A stretch of 64,000 nucleotides of DNA from the NCBI RefSeq assembly GCF_006345805.1, contig NW_021832226.1:372001-436000 (forward strand), in the 5' to 3' direction. The position numbers were made by a program, and so were the translations under genes. Positions 50,545-62,373 of this stretch are shown in pieces (position 1 is the first letter of the stretch; every line of letters starts with the position of its first letter). The notes below the pieces were generated by a model, which did not search any database, had not been told where the DNA came from, and worked only from the letters and a program-made list of their open reading frames with translations. This stretch comes from Octopus sinensis (lineage: Eukaryota).

Positions 50545-51757
50545 TTAATCAATTTTATAAAGTCTCACAATATTTGTTCCTTTTACGACAAATCCTTCTT
50601 CATCTTCAATATCAAAATTCATATTTTCTCTCGCAATAACTTTATATTTTTTCGTATCAATTTGATCATATAATGGATAATTTCTATTCTGTGGATTAGC
50701 ATCAATATCCTGCCGTAATAGAACATTATCCCCCACCTAAATCCGCATTATAACACGTGATAAACAAACTTAATGTCGTTTTCGTCGAATTTCCATTTCC
50801 GTTTGTTTTTCATTTTTTCTCCTGCTTTCGTTAGATTCTCGTATGTTGATAACAAATTTTTTGCAATATTTTCCTCATGAGTTACTTCATTTTCAACAAA
50901 TTGAATTTCAGCATCAGCATCTTCTCCATTAAACGCGCAGAGAGCTTCCATTTCTTCACCACTTGGTGCATAATTGCCTCTTACTCCCATAAAGATATTG
51001 AAAGGAATATGCTTTGTTGTGGCATGTCGTGAACGATTATAGTCGTAAACAATTCCTTTAATAATATCTTTATAGACGCCAAAAATTCTATTAGAACTAC
51101 TTGTAGATGAAATCCACCTTTTGATAGATTGATTAAATCTAAAAAGTTTGATAATTTATTTGCTGTAGGTTACCTTTCAACCTGGCCTTGAATCCAAGGT
51201 GCTCTGGGTCTTCCACAAATATGTTTTATTTTCATTTTTTCGCAAATTGCATTTACATAGGAATTCATAAATTCCCTCCCGTTATCGGTTTGTAGAATGA
51301 CTGGGGGGCCAATTATGTAAAAAATATTTTGTAATAACGAAGAAATCTCAGCACCAGGTTTATTTTTGGCTAGCTCCACAACTCCAAATTTAGAAAAAGA
51401 ATCAATAAGTACAAGTACCTATAAATTACAATTCTGAAAGTATACCCAAGAATTTGAATCATTCACTTCCGCATATCGGCGCAGATCAACAAGATTAGAA
51501 TTATGCTCGGACTATTTTTAGATGACAACCAATACTTCAATCATTAGTAATTTTAGTTCTGCGTCTTCAATACAAAAAAATCGTAGATTTAGGCCATTTC
51601 TTCGTATATAAGCTTTTCCATCAGCAAAAGAAAAGGTTTCTGCATGTTGTTTGACTTTATATCTCTCCTTCTTATCAAAAACTTCATCCAAATTCTGGGA
51701 TTCTTTGTATTCTTTGATTTTTGACAAAGTATCTCTAGTCAAAACCAGTAGACCCAT
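50545..51757 (-). CDS. Ginger2-type integrase, 4 introns (24, 27, 35, 29 nt), with an in-frame deletion of the HHCC finger
   Basis: Spliced frame is open: MGLLVLTR...MIE^SEHNSNLVDLRRY...SW^VLVLIDSFSKF...LQTDNGREF...QGQVER^FNQSIK...DIKF^VGDNVLL...YKID*. Confidence 0.8.
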
Positions 51758-52299
51758 TTTTCACGTGACAGTTTAATTTTATAAAAGTAATATTCTTTTT
51801 TAAAAATAATTAATAAATATGTGTTTATTACTGTTAATAAACTATTTTCAATATTTTTTATTTGAAAATACGCTTGCGGTCCCAGCAGATGCCGGGTCCC
51901 AGCAAAAACCGGTGACATTTTATATGCCAATCAAATTTTTTAGTGAACTCTTCCCATATTTTTGTGCCATATAAATTAGTTAAATTTGTTCGTTTTTTAC
52001 CAAAATTGATTTGAATTTTGAAAAATACACAAATATATATCACGCAAATAATAATTATTATTAATAAGCACACCGCAAAATAACGTTGGTAAAGTTATCT
52101 CGCTTGTGCCACCCTCTCCTGGATGCGAGGAACAGAGGGACTTGGAAGCGATTAACAAAACGCAAATAATCACCAAAATAATTAACTTCATTAAGAATCG
52201 AATTGAACAATTATATCATGAATTTATATTTTATCATTTTCAAACTATCCTATCACTAAATGCACGTTTAAAAATATAAAATACACTTCTAAAAGAGTT

Positions 52300-52760
52300 A
52301 TAAACAGTCTGACCTCACTTTGGTCCAGACCCTGTAAACACCTTCGTTTCTTGACCAATTTTCTAAAATGAACGTTTTTCAATGGTAAAACAGATATTTT
52401 ACAACTCTGACAGAATCATTTTAAAAATCTGTCCTTTCCAATCCGGGGTCTGACCTTATTGAAATTTATATTGATTTTCAATTTGACAGTGAGTTTCTTG
52501 ATAAACATTACCATTCAACATGAGAGGCCAAAGTTTTGCAGGGTTTGGATTAAGAATTCGTGGTGTACTGAGCCAAATGCTTTCCTCACATCAATCCACA
52601 TACAAGATAGCTTACTCGCATTTTGCTGGTTTTTGCTATACTCATCTTTTATTATTTTCCGTATCTCCTTGCATAGGGGTCCATGGACAGCAGTGAAGCT
52701 CTTTATAAAAAAAAGTTGTAAACTCCATCGCAGCCGCTTGCTTTCCAATTTAAGCAAAAC
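52300..52760 (-). mobile_element. R4/Dong-like RT fragment
   Basis: MWIDVRKAFGSVHHEFL. Confidence 0.65.
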
Positions 52761-52809
52761 TTTTCAAAAATGCCTTCCGAGTGGGCTACAGGTGGTACCG
52801 CCCAGAAAA

Positions 52810-53660
52810 ACCTGACGGAAAGGCGTCCTTCACATGTGGAAATGCTATCGCACTCCCCCCTTGGCAAGCGTGTACTCTGGACAGCGTTAGTCCTGCGGTT
52901 GAGTTATATGTGCGCCTACTAAAACTCTGTAGGGAGACAAAGTGCAGTGTAAAGGATATGTCACTCTGCAACATGGCTGAGGCCAAGAAGATCCTTAGCT
53001 AGGAGCTGACATGATCTCAACATCATATCGGTGAACGCGCGCTCCTTGCCCGGTAAAAGAGACGCAGTTCCGAAAATGTTGGCCATCACGAGTGTGGACA
53101 TTCTGTTGATCAACGAAACGAAAGTAAAGGCGGGTCTATAGGTAGTTGATGACTACAACTGCTGTCACATACCGTGGAAACCTGGGCAATATGTGGCACG
53201 GGAACTAAACTCTTTTATAAGCCGTACCTCCCTCTGCAAAGTTTAGGTTTATGTTTTTGTAGCCTATGTGAATTCCTTCAAGTGAGGATTCGCATATGTA
53301 ACTTTACATTTTACCTAGGGGCAATGTATTCGAAAAACTTTACGGCGCGTTTCTGGCACGTACGGGAGTTCTTTGGAAAGCATCCGAAGGCGATGGTTGT
53401 TGGAGACCTGAATGCCAAGTACATAGAGCTTGATTTCAGAGTAACCAACGCGCATGGTTTGGCTCTGAAGACGCTGGTTGAAGACCTCGAGCTGGAAGTC
53501 AGATCTTCAAGTAAACCAAACCACATCGACTCGTAAGGAGGACGAGACGGGCTACGGCTTGCTCTCGTCAGCCCTGGAATGCTAAATTGGGTTAGTAAAA
53601 CAATTTTATTGCCCGATATTGGGAGCGACCATCTGATATAATTCTTTATAAAGAAGTTAA
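52810..53660 (+). mobile_element. Jockey/I-like LINE remnant (end of ORF1 plus APE endonuclease)
   Basis: LNIISVNARSL, LLINETK, VVGDLNAK, IGSDHL. Confidence 0.75.
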
Positions 53661-53759
53661 AGAAGTTTGACACTTTTTGTACCTCATCTGTAGAGAAATT
53701 TGTAACATTACACGGTAAAGGAAAAAATTTAGGTGATGAGTGAAAATATCTCTTTTCAA

Positions 53760-54850
53760 CAAAGTAAAGATATCCAGATTAGTCTTCTGATTTCATTTCT
53801 TTTTGCGTTAACGAAAGTACTGGCATATCTGGATTGTCAAGCCTAGCAATTTTTGTCAGATATTGCGCCGTGAATACTATTATGGAAGAATTATTGTGTT
53901 TGCCAGCATTAGCAACAACTAATAAAGGAGTCGATATTTTTAACACAGTTGTAAATTCGATCAGAGAGAAAGAGATAGATATTTCAAAAATAGTATCAAT
54001 AACCACAAATGGTGCACCCAGTATGATTGGAAAGAATAATGGTTTTGTCAGCTTACTTACACAGCACGTCGGGCATCCAGTTCTTGGTCTTCATTGCATC
54101 ATTCATCAACAGGTTATTCGTTTTTTTACAACCTTCAGGTTTTATGTGGAAAATCTGGATTCGAGTCATTCGGGTTTTTTGTAATATAACAACGTAGATG
54201 GTTGAGCCGTGGAAAAGTTCTTGAACTATTTTTCCAGTGTTTAGATGAAGAGCAAATATTTCTACAGAGTGAAAAAGTAATTGATAAGTATCCACAATTA
54301 ATGGACCCTGGATGGATCCCTAAACTAGCATTTTTTGCAGATTTTACGTGCCATTTAAATGAATTGAACTTGAATTTGCAAGGTAGTAATAAATTATTAT
54401 ATGAAACGATTAATTCAATTCAGGCATTTGATGCCAAATTGGTTATTTTTAACCTTGACATACTTTCCAACAAATTTAAATATTTTAGAAATACTAAAAA
54501 ATTCCGAAAATTAGATTTACTTGTTCATAAAAAATAGATTTACTTAAATAAGTTCTAGAATTTGTATCGTTAATTCAGTCAGTAATTCATGAATTTTCTT
54601 CGAGATTTGTTGAATTAAAACTATTTTCCTAAACATCCAAATTTATAATATATTCAGATTTAATTACATTCGATAAACTTAATTTGAAGATTCTAGAATG
54701 ATAAATTTTAAAGATCTGGAAAAGCAGCTAATAGATCTACATTACAGTTCTATTTGGAAACAAAAATTTGTTAATCTAAGAAATACTTTAGAAATAATTG
54801 AAATGTTGATCACAGCAATAGTTGAACAAAAAATAAAGTAAAAGCAAGAG
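53760..54850 (+). mobile_element. Decayed hAT (GTF2IRD2/EPM2AIP1-like) transposase
   Basis: ESTGISGLSSLAIFVRY, SITTNGAPSMIG, LHCIIHQQ, LNELNLNLQG. Confidence 0.8.
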
Positions 54851-54948
54851 GAAAGTTTATCGAGCGTCGACCTTATTCAGAAAATTCACTACTTAATTAG
54901 CAAAGTTTATTTATTTAATAAAGGGTTAAAATGTCAATTAGTACTATT

Positions 54949-55748
54949 TCATTGTGTTTCAACAATATTTTTATCTTTAAATTTCCACATGTAACATGTG
55001 AAAAAAATTGCCAACAACTATTAGTAAAAATTAAAGCACTTACAATTAGAAAACCCATTGTTCCAGTTCCTATATAAATGTAGAGGGAAAGCTCATTTAT
55101 ATAATTTAATAAAACTGACGGACAAGTCTAAAATAAAATAAATACTAAAACCTTTGATATATCGGAATTATGGCTAGGACAACAAGTCTCTGGCAAAATT
55201 CGTATATCTTGTGAAGTCCCGTTATTATAACCACAACAGTTAAGCTAACGAATAAATATAAGATTTAATCACTTTTTTATGAAGATTGTCAATAAATTTA
55301 ACGTTTTTATCGTAATCATCAATTAAAGCCTTGAAGAATAAACGAATTCCAATTTTTATTACAGGCTGAAAGCTCAACAACCCCGAAATAATTGCTAAGC
55401 AAAGAATCAGGACGGTTAAAAGACCGACAATAAACTAAAATTAGATAAAATCTATTAGAATACTAATATTTTAATGCATTTATTTTTTCTGGATATAGAT
55501 ATGAATCCACAAATTGAAATTAAAAAGATGAAAATTCCAGATAAGCAACCTATCCAAATAGGAAATGAATATAGAATGAGATTATTTTCAAAAGTGTTTA
55601 AAATTTTAAACTCTATTCCATATAGAGATGAAATTGCAATAAATCCAAATGAAAGTAACTATGAATAAAATAAGTTAGAAACATTTAAAACCAGCAATAA
55701 TATAGATAAAAAAATTATAACTCCCTTCTTGAATGTCGCTGTTTCCAT
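54949..55748 (-). CDS. Tetraspanin, 5 introns (33, 29, 28, 24, 26 nt)
   Basis: Spliced model has four TM segments and a large extracellular loop with LNCCGY, PETCC and a further Cys. Confidence 0.9.
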
Positions 55749-56169
55749 TATTTAATTGGTTATTTAAAATGAAAATCAGTATTATATTATTGTTTTCAAA
55801 TAAAAATAAGATAGTTAATATAATTTAAAAATAAATAAAAATTATTTTTAATTGAAACTGCTCAGAAATGTGAAAAATTTGTAATTTTAAATTGTAATTG
55901 AAATAACTCGTTCAACAATAAGCCTTTTTCAAAACAAATTATGCATTTTTCAGATCAATGATAAAACTAATACGAGATATGAAAAACTCCAAGGTTAAAC
56001 GTATAAATTGGCCAAAACAATCAAATATACGTTTTAATTCGTGGCCCATGGAAATTATCAATTCCGAGAGGGAGTTTCAAATCAAGCTTCACAGACTAGT
56101 TTTTTTTTAAGTTTTTTAATTAAAATAGCTGGAATTTAACCTGATTTAATTTTTGTTACTTAAATTAGG

Positions 56170-56400
56170 TTACTGCGAAATAAATCTTGTTGGTTGTACC
56201 TAAAAGAAGTGGGAGTATGTTCATTGAGCACAGACACAGAGTGAAGAATTACAACGAAACGACGCAGATTTAAATATGGACATCTGTAATTTCAACAAGT
56301 CATATTTGTGAAACTTTTCGACTTTTTTGAGGCAATCTTGCAAAGTGATCCTAACTTCCATACGACTAAATGTATTTCTCGATTTATCTTTAATAAAAAT
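56170..56400 (-). mobile_element. R4/Dong-like RLE fragment
   Basis: EIFIKDKSRNT...EVRITLQDCLKKVEKFHKYDLL. Confidence 0.6.
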
Positions 56401-56945
56401 TTCAGAGTTGTTACAGGATTAGTTTTTTAATACAAAACAATGAATTTTCACTATAAAAATCAAAGAATATTAAAAACAGATATTTCGAGTTAATGATTTA
56501 AATCAAAAAATACACATTTCTATGATAAATTCAATCAAGATTCAATCAATCATTCTTGCCTTGAGTTAAGATTTGAGTTAACTTAGTCTTGTGTCAAGAT
56601 TTGATTAAATCTTGACACAAATTTTCAAATATAGCAAATAAAGATTTAAGGCAAATTGGTTTAAACCCAAAATTTTGTTATCGTTTAGTTTCATGCTCAA
56701 ATAATTACAAAAAATTGCAAGAATTGTTGTCAATTATCCAAATTTTTGACAATAATGTATTTTGAAACTGACAATCCTCATCCGTAGAGGAATTTGTAAC
56801 TTTATACAGAAAATTGTGATAAACACAAAGCTGAGGTTGCGGAAGTTTTATTTCAAAAATCTATTCTATATGTCTTGGTGTTGTAAATATATAAAACTTT
56901 TATATACAAACATTCTCCTGGGTTACTGAAAATGTCTATTTATAA

Positions 56946-57580
56946 CAGGGGTCGGCAAATCCTATTCTAACAAATTTTTCCAATTAAAAATTAAATAAAT
57001 TTCTAAACGTATTAATAATTTTGTGTTGTAAATTTGAATGCCGAATTTTCCGAAAAGAATTAAACGTCTTCAAACCCGTAGGTTTAATCGAAATTGGATT
57101 CATTAATATTTCTTTATTAAAGATAATAGAAAATTTATATGCTTAATATGCTTCGAAAAAGTTGCTGTCCAAATACTTTATAACGTCAAGCGACATAATG
57201 AAACATGTCATTACAAAAAATTCTACAAGTTTACAAGAGAATCTACCTTTAAGAAAATTAAAAGTATGGAGCAAAAAAGATGACATCAAACCACAAATTA
57301 CGAAATTTCAAAGATAATTGCAAAAAAATGAATTCATTTTCTGACGGAGAATTTATAAAAAAATGTTTAATGGGAGTGGCAGAAAATCTCTTCTCTACAT
57401 AAAAACATTTTTGAATTTATCTGTTTATTTCAAAAACGGTGACAAAAGAAGTCGAAGAAATTTCATTCGATTCAAATCTTTTTTAAAAAACTTTTTTGGG
57501 AATTTCAAATATTTTTATATCGCATTGGATGCTAGTACTGACAGGGAATTCAAGGAATAATTAAAACATTCCAAATTTTT
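56946..57580 (+). mobile_element. Decayed hAT 5' portion
   Basis: TIR-like caggggtcggcaaa and IALDASTD motif. Confidence 0.55.
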
Positions 57581-57599
57581 GAATAATTTGTCAAAGTAA

Positions 57600-57860
57600 T
57601 TCCAATAACAGGTACTTAGAATGCATGTTTTACTCAAGATTGATTTTATTCTTCGCAAATGTACTTATTCCAATTCACTGTGGCAAACTGTTGACCATCT
57701 GGATACAAAATGTAGGCAAATGTAAAATTTGATTAACAAAAAATTGGTTACGTAAAACTTTGTTATAGGATCATACTAGGTGATTCATTATCTCCCTAAA
57801 TGTTTGTTATGGTTATGGATTATCTAAGTCGAATCTTAAATGCAAAATTCTCCATACTGT
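57600..57860 (+). mobile_element. R4/Dong-like RT fragment
   Basis: ILGDSLSP*MFVMVMDYLSRILN. Confidence 0.55.
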
Positions 57861-58063
57861 TAATTAACAAAAGTGGCCCTTATTAACCAAAGAGCACTTA
57901 CTCGACCAAAGTGGCCCTTAATAATTTGTTTTTTTGTAGATGATCGTAAACTCCTTACACATTTAGTGCTTAAGCAGATGTAATATGTCTATTTTATATA
58001 TTAAAATATATTTAAAAATGATAAAATGTGAGTAGTCTACAAATACATGAGCATGAAATAAAG

Positions 58064-60190
58064 TTTTTTTTTTTTTTTGGTCAAAAAGTTAAATGTAATT
58101 AACAAATAGTTATTAACTAACTAAATTTCCGGCCTCGTAAATGGAAACACAGTTTCCACGTACTATGGCCAAGGAAATCCTTTCGAAAAGCCACTTGGAC
58201 TCGCGTGGGTCTCCCCGTTTATGGGAGATCATGCGGCCAAGCTTTTTTAGAAAGGAAAGAGACTTTTCGCCGATGACGCCGGAAGTCTCGACGGCGATGG
58301 GAGTGAACAGATACCGTTCAGAGAGCTCCTTGTACTTTCCAATCTTCATCTTCTCGGTTTTGCGAGAGACTGAGCCAGGCTCGACAGCTGAAGAAGGAAG
58401 GTTGAGCTCCGAGAAAGTGTCTGAACACGTCGCATCCCATAACAGAGACTTGCCGAACTCAAACGGGAAAGTCGATAGGCCGTCGGGTCTTTTTCCGTCT
58501 CCCCTCGCAAGCCCGACGGGTTCGAGGATTGATGGAATCCCAGCGGCCGTGAGCCCCCTCTGAATAACGTCGTTAAGTGCTGCATGGCGTGGTGCGCGCC
58601 CTGCACTGCGACGACAGGAAAGGGGATGTAGACCAAAACGGTCAATGACAGCACCACAACGACATTTGTGTATTTCGCAGATTTCCAATCCAAGACGCAA
58701 TGATAAACCAATTCGTAGGCAATCTTTGTCTAGTAAGTTACCGGTGGAAGGGACAGGGAGAGCATCCAGCCAGGCCCCACTCCCTGTGCAGCAGCCTGCG
58801 CGGAGACATGCAAGTCTGTGCTGATCGAAATTTTTGCGTAGATGTACGTCAAGAGCTTCACAAGAAATGGCATCCCATTGAGCTTGGATACACGGCGGGT
58901 CACTGGGTCTTTTGTTGTACAATGAATCCCACAGGTCCAAAGCGGCCACGTGATCAACTGACATTTTTCGTTCGGGTAGGTTTCTGAGAACAATGTCAGT
59001 GAGGACACGGGATGATGCCGTTGACGAAAGGAAAGCAGGAAGAGCGATAGACACGGGAGAACGGAGTCCAATCCCACCGCGGCTTACAGGCAGGGTGGAT
59101 TGAATCCAACCCAGAGGGTCGAAACGTACGTTGCATAGCGACTCTGCTCCGGACTTCAGAATATTTTCAATAACGGAAAGGAGATTTTGTTCGTGAAAAC
59201 ACGGAGAGCTTCTTAATGTATATAGGAGCTTCGGAGTTGAAAAGTAATTACGGAGAAGAAAGAACCCGACATGAGCGTCGATGAGAGAGAGTCTTTGAAT
59301 ATGCATGACAGAACAGCTGCCTTGTCAATAAGAGTTTGAGACAAAGCCTCGCGACCAATTGGGGAGCCAAGGATGAGGAGGTTTTTTTTATCGGTGATCC
59401 GCACGCCTTTTAAAATATCTTCCAGAACGGCCATAGTTTCGACAAAAATTCCGTGTGGGATATTGAGATTTATAACTTCGGATTTGGCAGAGTTTATCTC
59501 AAGACCAATAGATGAAAGGGCAGGGATAATTACGCGAAGGTCCTCTAGGACAGAGCATGGTGGTCCACATATTGTGGCGTCATCAAGATACCAGATGTTT
59601 ATAGGGAAAGGACAGAGTGGGCAATGGAGTTGACGCAGATTGCAAACAACAGAGGACCAAGAGGATCTCCCTGTTGTACACCGGTCGAAGATACGATAAC
59701 GGAATCACCGAACAAGAGGAGACTTGGTTGAGAGTAAGATAGATGGACCAGACGATAAGCCGAGGGGGCAAGAGCATAGCAGGACTCCAACAGAAAATCT
59801 CTTCTGACTGAATTAAATGCGTTGGAGATGTCCAGTTTAACCAAAATAAATTCTTCTGGAGTCTCCATTAGTTCCCTTACAGCATGGGCGGCCGACTCAC
59901 AACCTCCGCTGATTCCAACTCCCAATTGCGCGGGCAGGAATTTTTGGGCCAGCTCGGGGACTACTGCGTGGCAGACAAGCTTTCCGGCCAATCTGCGAAA
60001 AATATTGCCGACGGCGATCGGTCTAACACCATTATCTTTCTTCCCCAGGGCGGTGAGATTAGCAGAAAAGAAAATCGTCCGTGCAAAGTCAGGTAAATCA
60101 CCCCCGATAAGGCGGTTGCATAGATCCGTAATAGAAGACAATAGTTGGCGACCAGCCTCAGCAGTTAGACTCTCCCTTTCTTGCGGTTGT
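58064..60190 (-). mobile_element. 5'-truncated CRE-clade retrotransposon (RT + CCHC + RLE) with poly(A) tail
   Basis: GVRPIAVGNIFRRL, LDISNAFNSV, GVQQGDPLGPLLF, CRCG...GLHPLSC, DGKRPDG, WDATC. A15 at 58064-58078. Two frameshifts. Confidence 0.92.
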
Positions 60191-60344
60191 TACTAACTTC
60201 GCAAGTAGAGCATTGAACAGAAGTGGGTTGGAAACAGAAAGACATAGAAAGAGAGCAAGATAGAAACAATTAAAAAATGGATGACAAAGAGAAATGGAAA
60301 AAGAGAGAGATTATTAGATAGATGACAATTACAAAAATGGATTA

Positions 60345-60420
60345 TAGAATAAGAAATGAACAAATGAAAAGAAAGAAATGAACAAATGAAAAGAAAGAAA
60401 TGAACAACAACAACAGCAAC
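60345..60420. repeat. Purine-rich low-complexity/tandem repeat
   Basis: aagaaatgaacaaatgaaaagaa repeated, followed by (aac)n. Confidence 0.7.
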
Positions 60421-60666
60421 GTGCAACAATTTTAAATTATGAAATAAAGTAAGATTGAACATGATGTATGTCTGATTTTTCTGCAATACTAAAACACTTA
60501 AGAGACAGAATTTCTGTTTTGATCTATTAAAAAGATATTTCAAGAAACTGGTTTTCGAAGTTTACCTTAGTGTATTTTGCCTTAACTTTCTTACAATTTT
60601 CATTTATTTGAGATATTTTTTATATAAAAATAAAATATTTATTTCATAATAAATTTTGATTTTAGT

Positions 60667-62211
60667 ATGGGCACTTCGCATTCTACACAGTGCAAAAATG
60701 CTGATTTGGCTGTTAATTCTTTTATCAATGAACTAAATGAATTAAATAATATCAGTAGACATCGACAATTATCGGTAAAGTATACAATTATATTTAAATG
60801 AATAGTTCAGACTCCGCCATAACGGAAAAGTTGATTCTGTGTTGGTTAAAGACAAGCTTGATCATTTGCTGCAGTTAGAAGAAAGTTATAAAAATATTTG
60901 CCATCGAAGATGTCCATTTATTCGGATCAAGACTTTATCTATGGAGGTTCCCCAACACAAATATTAAATTAAATTCATTTTTAATAACCAAAACTAGAAA
61001 ATAAGAACTGAATATTCTGAATTTGTTCAAATCACAAAAAATTTTTTTAGTTCCTTAAAGCCAGAAATATTTGGTGATATGAAATTTTTTGTTGAATGCT
61101 TAGAGAAATGCTTACTTTGTAGAATAACAATTATCGAATGGTAATATTAATATCTGCATTGAAATAGCCTTCAAAAATTATCAAAATTTGAATTCATTAA
61201 AACCGATCCACTCAGTCAAATTTGTTCTATTTTGGAGAACAACATCAATGAAGAAGTATCCTACAAAATGCCTTTTCTACAAATTTTACACAAATCTGTC
61301 ACGTTGTTCTAACAGTTATATTAAATTAGAGTTGATATGATCATTTTAAAGGACCTTATATATGGGCTGATTTACACGATGACTTTCAAACCTCTTGATG
61401 CCATTTTTTCCATCAATAGTGCTAGTGTTTTCCTTGAATATAATGAACAGTTGAATGGTTAAATTGTTTTTATATTTTCTAGAAAGTAAAATGTCATCTT
61501 TTTCACTTCGCTTGCATTCTATTAATAATTCTGATGCTTCTCCAAATCAACTAAAAGTCTTCTTTTTGGAATTCAGGGATTTAACACTTTCTAAAGTTTG
61601 TGAATTTATTAGCTTTAAGTTTGGGTTGTATTTTGAAGATATGGCTCATAATTTTGACATTGAATTCAAACATGTCGGCACATTTATCCCCCGGTTAAAT
61701 GCTAATATCTTAAATTATTTTATTATTTAGAATATTAAATTTGGTCAAAAAACTAAAAATTGAGGCCCTCTATCTGGTGGCTGATACCAAAATGATTGGT
61801 GGATTCATCAACTCTGCATTTTATATTCCACAAGTTAATAATTCACATCTGTATATTTTATTTTCTTTCTTAAATGTTAGTTTTTATATTCCAATAATAT
61901 TATAGAACAAATTTGCTCAAATTGATATAAACCTGGAGATTATAAGGGAAGCTTTAAATAATGATACTTCTTTAAATAATGAGGGAGTTCACAAAATTTT
62001 AGAAATTTGTTCTGAAAATGTTAAGTTTGTTTTTTTAGCTTAGAGCTATCTTATAATTTATGAAATTGAAGAAAACATTTATTTCGTGTGCAGAATTAAA
62101 AAAAATAAATCTTACCAAATCGATGGAAAACGTGATTTTTTTCATAAATATGTTATGGAAGTTGTAAAAACTGTTAATTTTACCAATTTTTTTATTGGAA
62201 TTGCAGATTAA
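60667..62211 (+). CDS. KICS2: KICSTOR subunit 2 (C12orf66/DUF2003-like), about 9 introns
   Basis: Spliced open frame. LDHLLQLEESY, IRTEYSEF, FRDLTLSK^FGLYFED, FIPR^ILNLVKKLKIEALYLVAD and SYLIIYEIEENIYFV follow the order of remembered C12orf66 motifs. Confidence 0.75.
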
Positions 62212-62373
62212 TATTTATTTTTGTGTTGTTAAATGAATAAAGATTAAACGAACTTAAATTATTTCTGATGACAACTATTTTGAAACTATTGCATTGAAAT
62301 AAATCTGAATGATTCACACATATACTTTAAACATACTTAATTTAAAAACTTTCATATTAATCCTAACCTTAGC

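Larger units (their letters stand above)
50013..51917 (-). mobile_element. Ginger2/Tdd-like element
   Basis: Perfect 31-bp TIR tgtcaccggtttttgctgggacccggcatct and perfect TSD TTTTA. Confidence 0.95.

Noticed and set aside
56589-56620. Perfect 14-bp hairpin ttgtgtcaagattt-gatt-aaatcttgacacaa
   Set aside because: It lies among repeated tcaagatt motifs typical of a decayed MITE, with no evidence of function. Intrinsic terminators are not relevant in this eukaryote.
58040-60230. TSD for the longest CRE copy
   Set aside because: Only a loose resemblance (ttcatgctc vs ttcaatgctc), not a convincing duplication.
60193-60543. 116-aa Phe/Leu-rich ORF
   Set aside because: It results from the low-complexity purine tract.
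2368-62211. Alternative genetic code or stop readthrough as the cause of short ORFs
   Set aside because: In the junctions I parsed, stops fall inside GT-AG introns. Only one ERO1 junction is unresolved, and readthrough does not fix it.
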